Assembly (NCBI RefSeq): GCF_009914755.1
Contig: NC_060934.1
Length of the DNA: 64,000 nt
Origin: the human T2T-CHM13v2.0 reference genome, Homo sapiens
Strand: one strand, 5' to 3'
Shown here: positions 61,750-64,000 of the stretch, piece after piece
Layout of the letters: every line of letters begins with the position of its first letter
Position numbering within the stretch: position 1 is the stretch's first letter
Notes under the pieces: generated by a model
What the model was told of the DNA's origin: nothing
Seen by the model: the letters and a program-made list of their open reading frames with translations, nothing else
Databases searched by the model: none
Program-made: the position numbers and the translations under genes

Positions 61750-62556
61750 TTAGAGGGTTGAATAATGTCTTACCCAAATTCATGTTCACTTAGAATCTCG
61801 TAATATGACCTTATTTGGAATAATGGTCTTTGCAGAATTAATTAAGGTAAGGTTTGAGATGAGACTGTACTGGGATTAGGGTGGGCTCTAAATCCAGTGA
61901 GCGTCCTTATAAGAAACAGAAGACACAGGGACACAGAGACACAGAGGGAAAGGTGATGGGAGATGGAAGGAGAGTAGAGTGATGGTCTACAAGCCACTGA
62001 ATGCCCAGGATTACTGGCAACCATCAGAAGCTAGGAGGGGCCAGGCCTGGTGGTTCATGCGGCTAAGCCCAGTGCTTTGGGAGGCCAAGGCAGGAGGATC
62101 ACTGGAAGCCAGGAGTTTGAGACCAGCCTAAGCAACATAGCAAGATATAATCTCTATAAAAAATAATTAAAAACTGAGCCTGGCATGGTGCCAGGCACCT
62201 GTAGTCCCAGCTACTCAGGAAGCTGAGGTGGGAGGGTTGTCTGAGTCCAGGAGTTCAAGGCTGCAGTGAGTTATGACTGCACCACTTCACTCCAGCTTGG
62301 ATGACATAGTGAGACCCTGTCTCTACCAAAAAAAAACAAAACAAAACAACAACAACAACAAAACCAAAACCCCATAAAAACAAATAACTTGAAGGGAGGC
62401 AGGGGGTAGTTTATTCCTCAGAGCCTCCAGGAGGAACCAACCCTGCTGACACGTTGGTTTCAGACTTCTGGTTTTGGACTTTGAGAGAATAAATTTCTGT
62501 TGTTTTAAGCCACTTAGTTTGTGGTCCTTTGTTGCATCAGCCCCAAGAAATGAATC
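61750..62556 (+). mobile_element. MLT1B/C-like MaLR LTR interrupted by an Alu
   Basis: gggttgaataatg...gaccttatttggaa...caagcca...[Alu]...agagcctccaggaggaaccaaccctgctgacac...aataaatttctgttgttttaagccac. Confidence 0.75.
62039..62380 (+). mobile_element. Alu (J-like) inside MLT1
   Basis: Dimer with (CAA)n-type tail. Confidence 0.88.
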
Positions 62557-62680
62557 TATTGATCACAACAATATAGCTTACTCCCAGCTTTCATCTGACT
62601 AGAGAAAAACAGGATTTACAGTTTATGCTTTCAGACAAATTGCATCTAAAAGTAGGAAATTCAAGAGTTGGCTAACGATC

Positions 62681-63180
62681 TGTGGTAGCAACCCTCCAAG
62701 ATGGCCACCAGGGATTCTTCCCTCCTGGTATTCACACCCTTGTGTGGGTGCCTCGCCTACTGAATGAATATGACTGATATGTGCAAATGATAGGGCATTG
62801 TGGAAATAACAGAAAGTGGCTTCCTAGGCTAGGTCAGAAAATATGTAAGAGCCTTGGCATCTCCTGGCTTACTTGCCTGAGGGAAGCTAGTCGCCATGTT
62901 AGGAGATCGCTCAAGCAGCACTGTGGAGAGGGCCACGTGGTAAGGCCTGCTGTGCATGTCTCTGAGCCATGTTGTGAACAGAGCCTCCAGCCCCTCAAGC
63001 CTTCAGATGACTACAGCCCCAACTGACATCTCAGCTGTAACCTCAGGAAAGACACTGAACCAGAATCACCCAGCTAAACCATAGCCAGATTCCTGACTCA
63101 GAGTGACAGGATGAATTTCTACGGTTTTAAGCTGCTAGGTTTTGGGGAAATTTGTTATGCACCAATAGATAACTAATACA
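62681..63180 (+). mobile_element. MLT1F/G-like MaLR LTR
   Basis: tgtggtagcaaccctccaagatggcc...ccttcagatgactacagcccc...ttttaagctgctaggttttgggg...agataactaataca. Confidence 0.7.
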
Positions 63181-64000
63181 GGGTTCAGAACAGAACTCTT
63201 GGTTTCCTCTCCTGAAACAGTGTTCCCCCAAGTCTTCCTCACCATTTGGCTTAGGCAAAAAACCTTGGAGTCCATCTTGATTCTTCTCTTTTTCTCATCC
63301 TCTAACAATAAATTCAACCAGTACTGTTAGTTTTTCCTCCAAAATCAATCCAGACTCATACCTTGTTCCACTTGCTCCACTGTTTTGCCCTAGATTAATC
63401 CACCACCATTTCCCTCTGGACTATTGCAGTAGCTTCCAAACCCAGTGCTTTCAATATTGCCCTTTCAAAGCTGTTTTATTAGATGCTGAGTAAACATAAA
63501 TCATTTATAACACATGATGATAAAGAAGCCAAGATGAATATCCACATGCCTACCGCTGACTTTAATGAACCATTACAAGTACCTTTGAAACATTCTCTTC
63601 GTTTCTTGCTAAATGTCTTCTACCCTAAGAGGCTACTACTCTCCTGAATTTGTACTTTCATTTCCTTGTTTTCCTTTAAAGTTTTACCAACCTACTGCTT
63701 AGTTTGCCTGTTTTTTTTTTAGCTTTTTATAAATGGAATCATAATTGACTTTAAAATTCAGTATTGTGTGCCTGAGATTCATCCATGCCAATGTGTCTAA
63801 TTCATTCCTTTTTATTACTGTGTAGTATTGCTTTGTTAGAGTATGTATTAATTTATTTATTTACTTGTGTTCTTTAAAAAATGTAATTATTATCACATCA
63901 CTCCTTAGGTTAATTTTGTAGTGGTCCATTGCACTTAGGCTAAAATCAGGCTCCCATCCATGGTATGTAATTCCTGTAATTTCTGTCTCATCAGTGGTGA

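Overview
Primate (human-like) genomic DNA, dense in Alu, MIR, L1/L2, MaLR/ERV LTR and hAT/Tc-mariner fossils; nothing here is prokaryotic. The only protein-coding content I can support is the 3' end of integrin alpha-8 (ITGA8; human 10p13 from memory) on the minus strand. Three phase-0 coding exons lie at 49084-49185, 37319-37441 (transmembrane helix) and 35187-35273 (CGFFDR tail to stop). A ~3.2 kb 3'UTR ends at an AATAAA near 32000-32005, and the next upstream exon is beyond 64000. Bases 1 to ~31,900 are intergenic. Nearly all ORFs in the supplied track are Alu, LTR or microsatellite artefacts. I found no convincing new biological system. Best leads: a perfect 15-bp hairpin in the ITGA8 3'UTR; an intronic polyadenylation layout that would give a TM-less alpha-8; an antisense LTR12C followed by a consensus splice donor; two short local duplications of apparently non-repeat sequence; a tail-to-tail fused Alu pair; two Alus sharing a non-Alu flank; several template-switch scars; a Tigger/pogo transposase fossil; and a CArG/MCAT/MEF2 motif cluster. 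Repeat subfamily names and boundaries are by eye and approximate.
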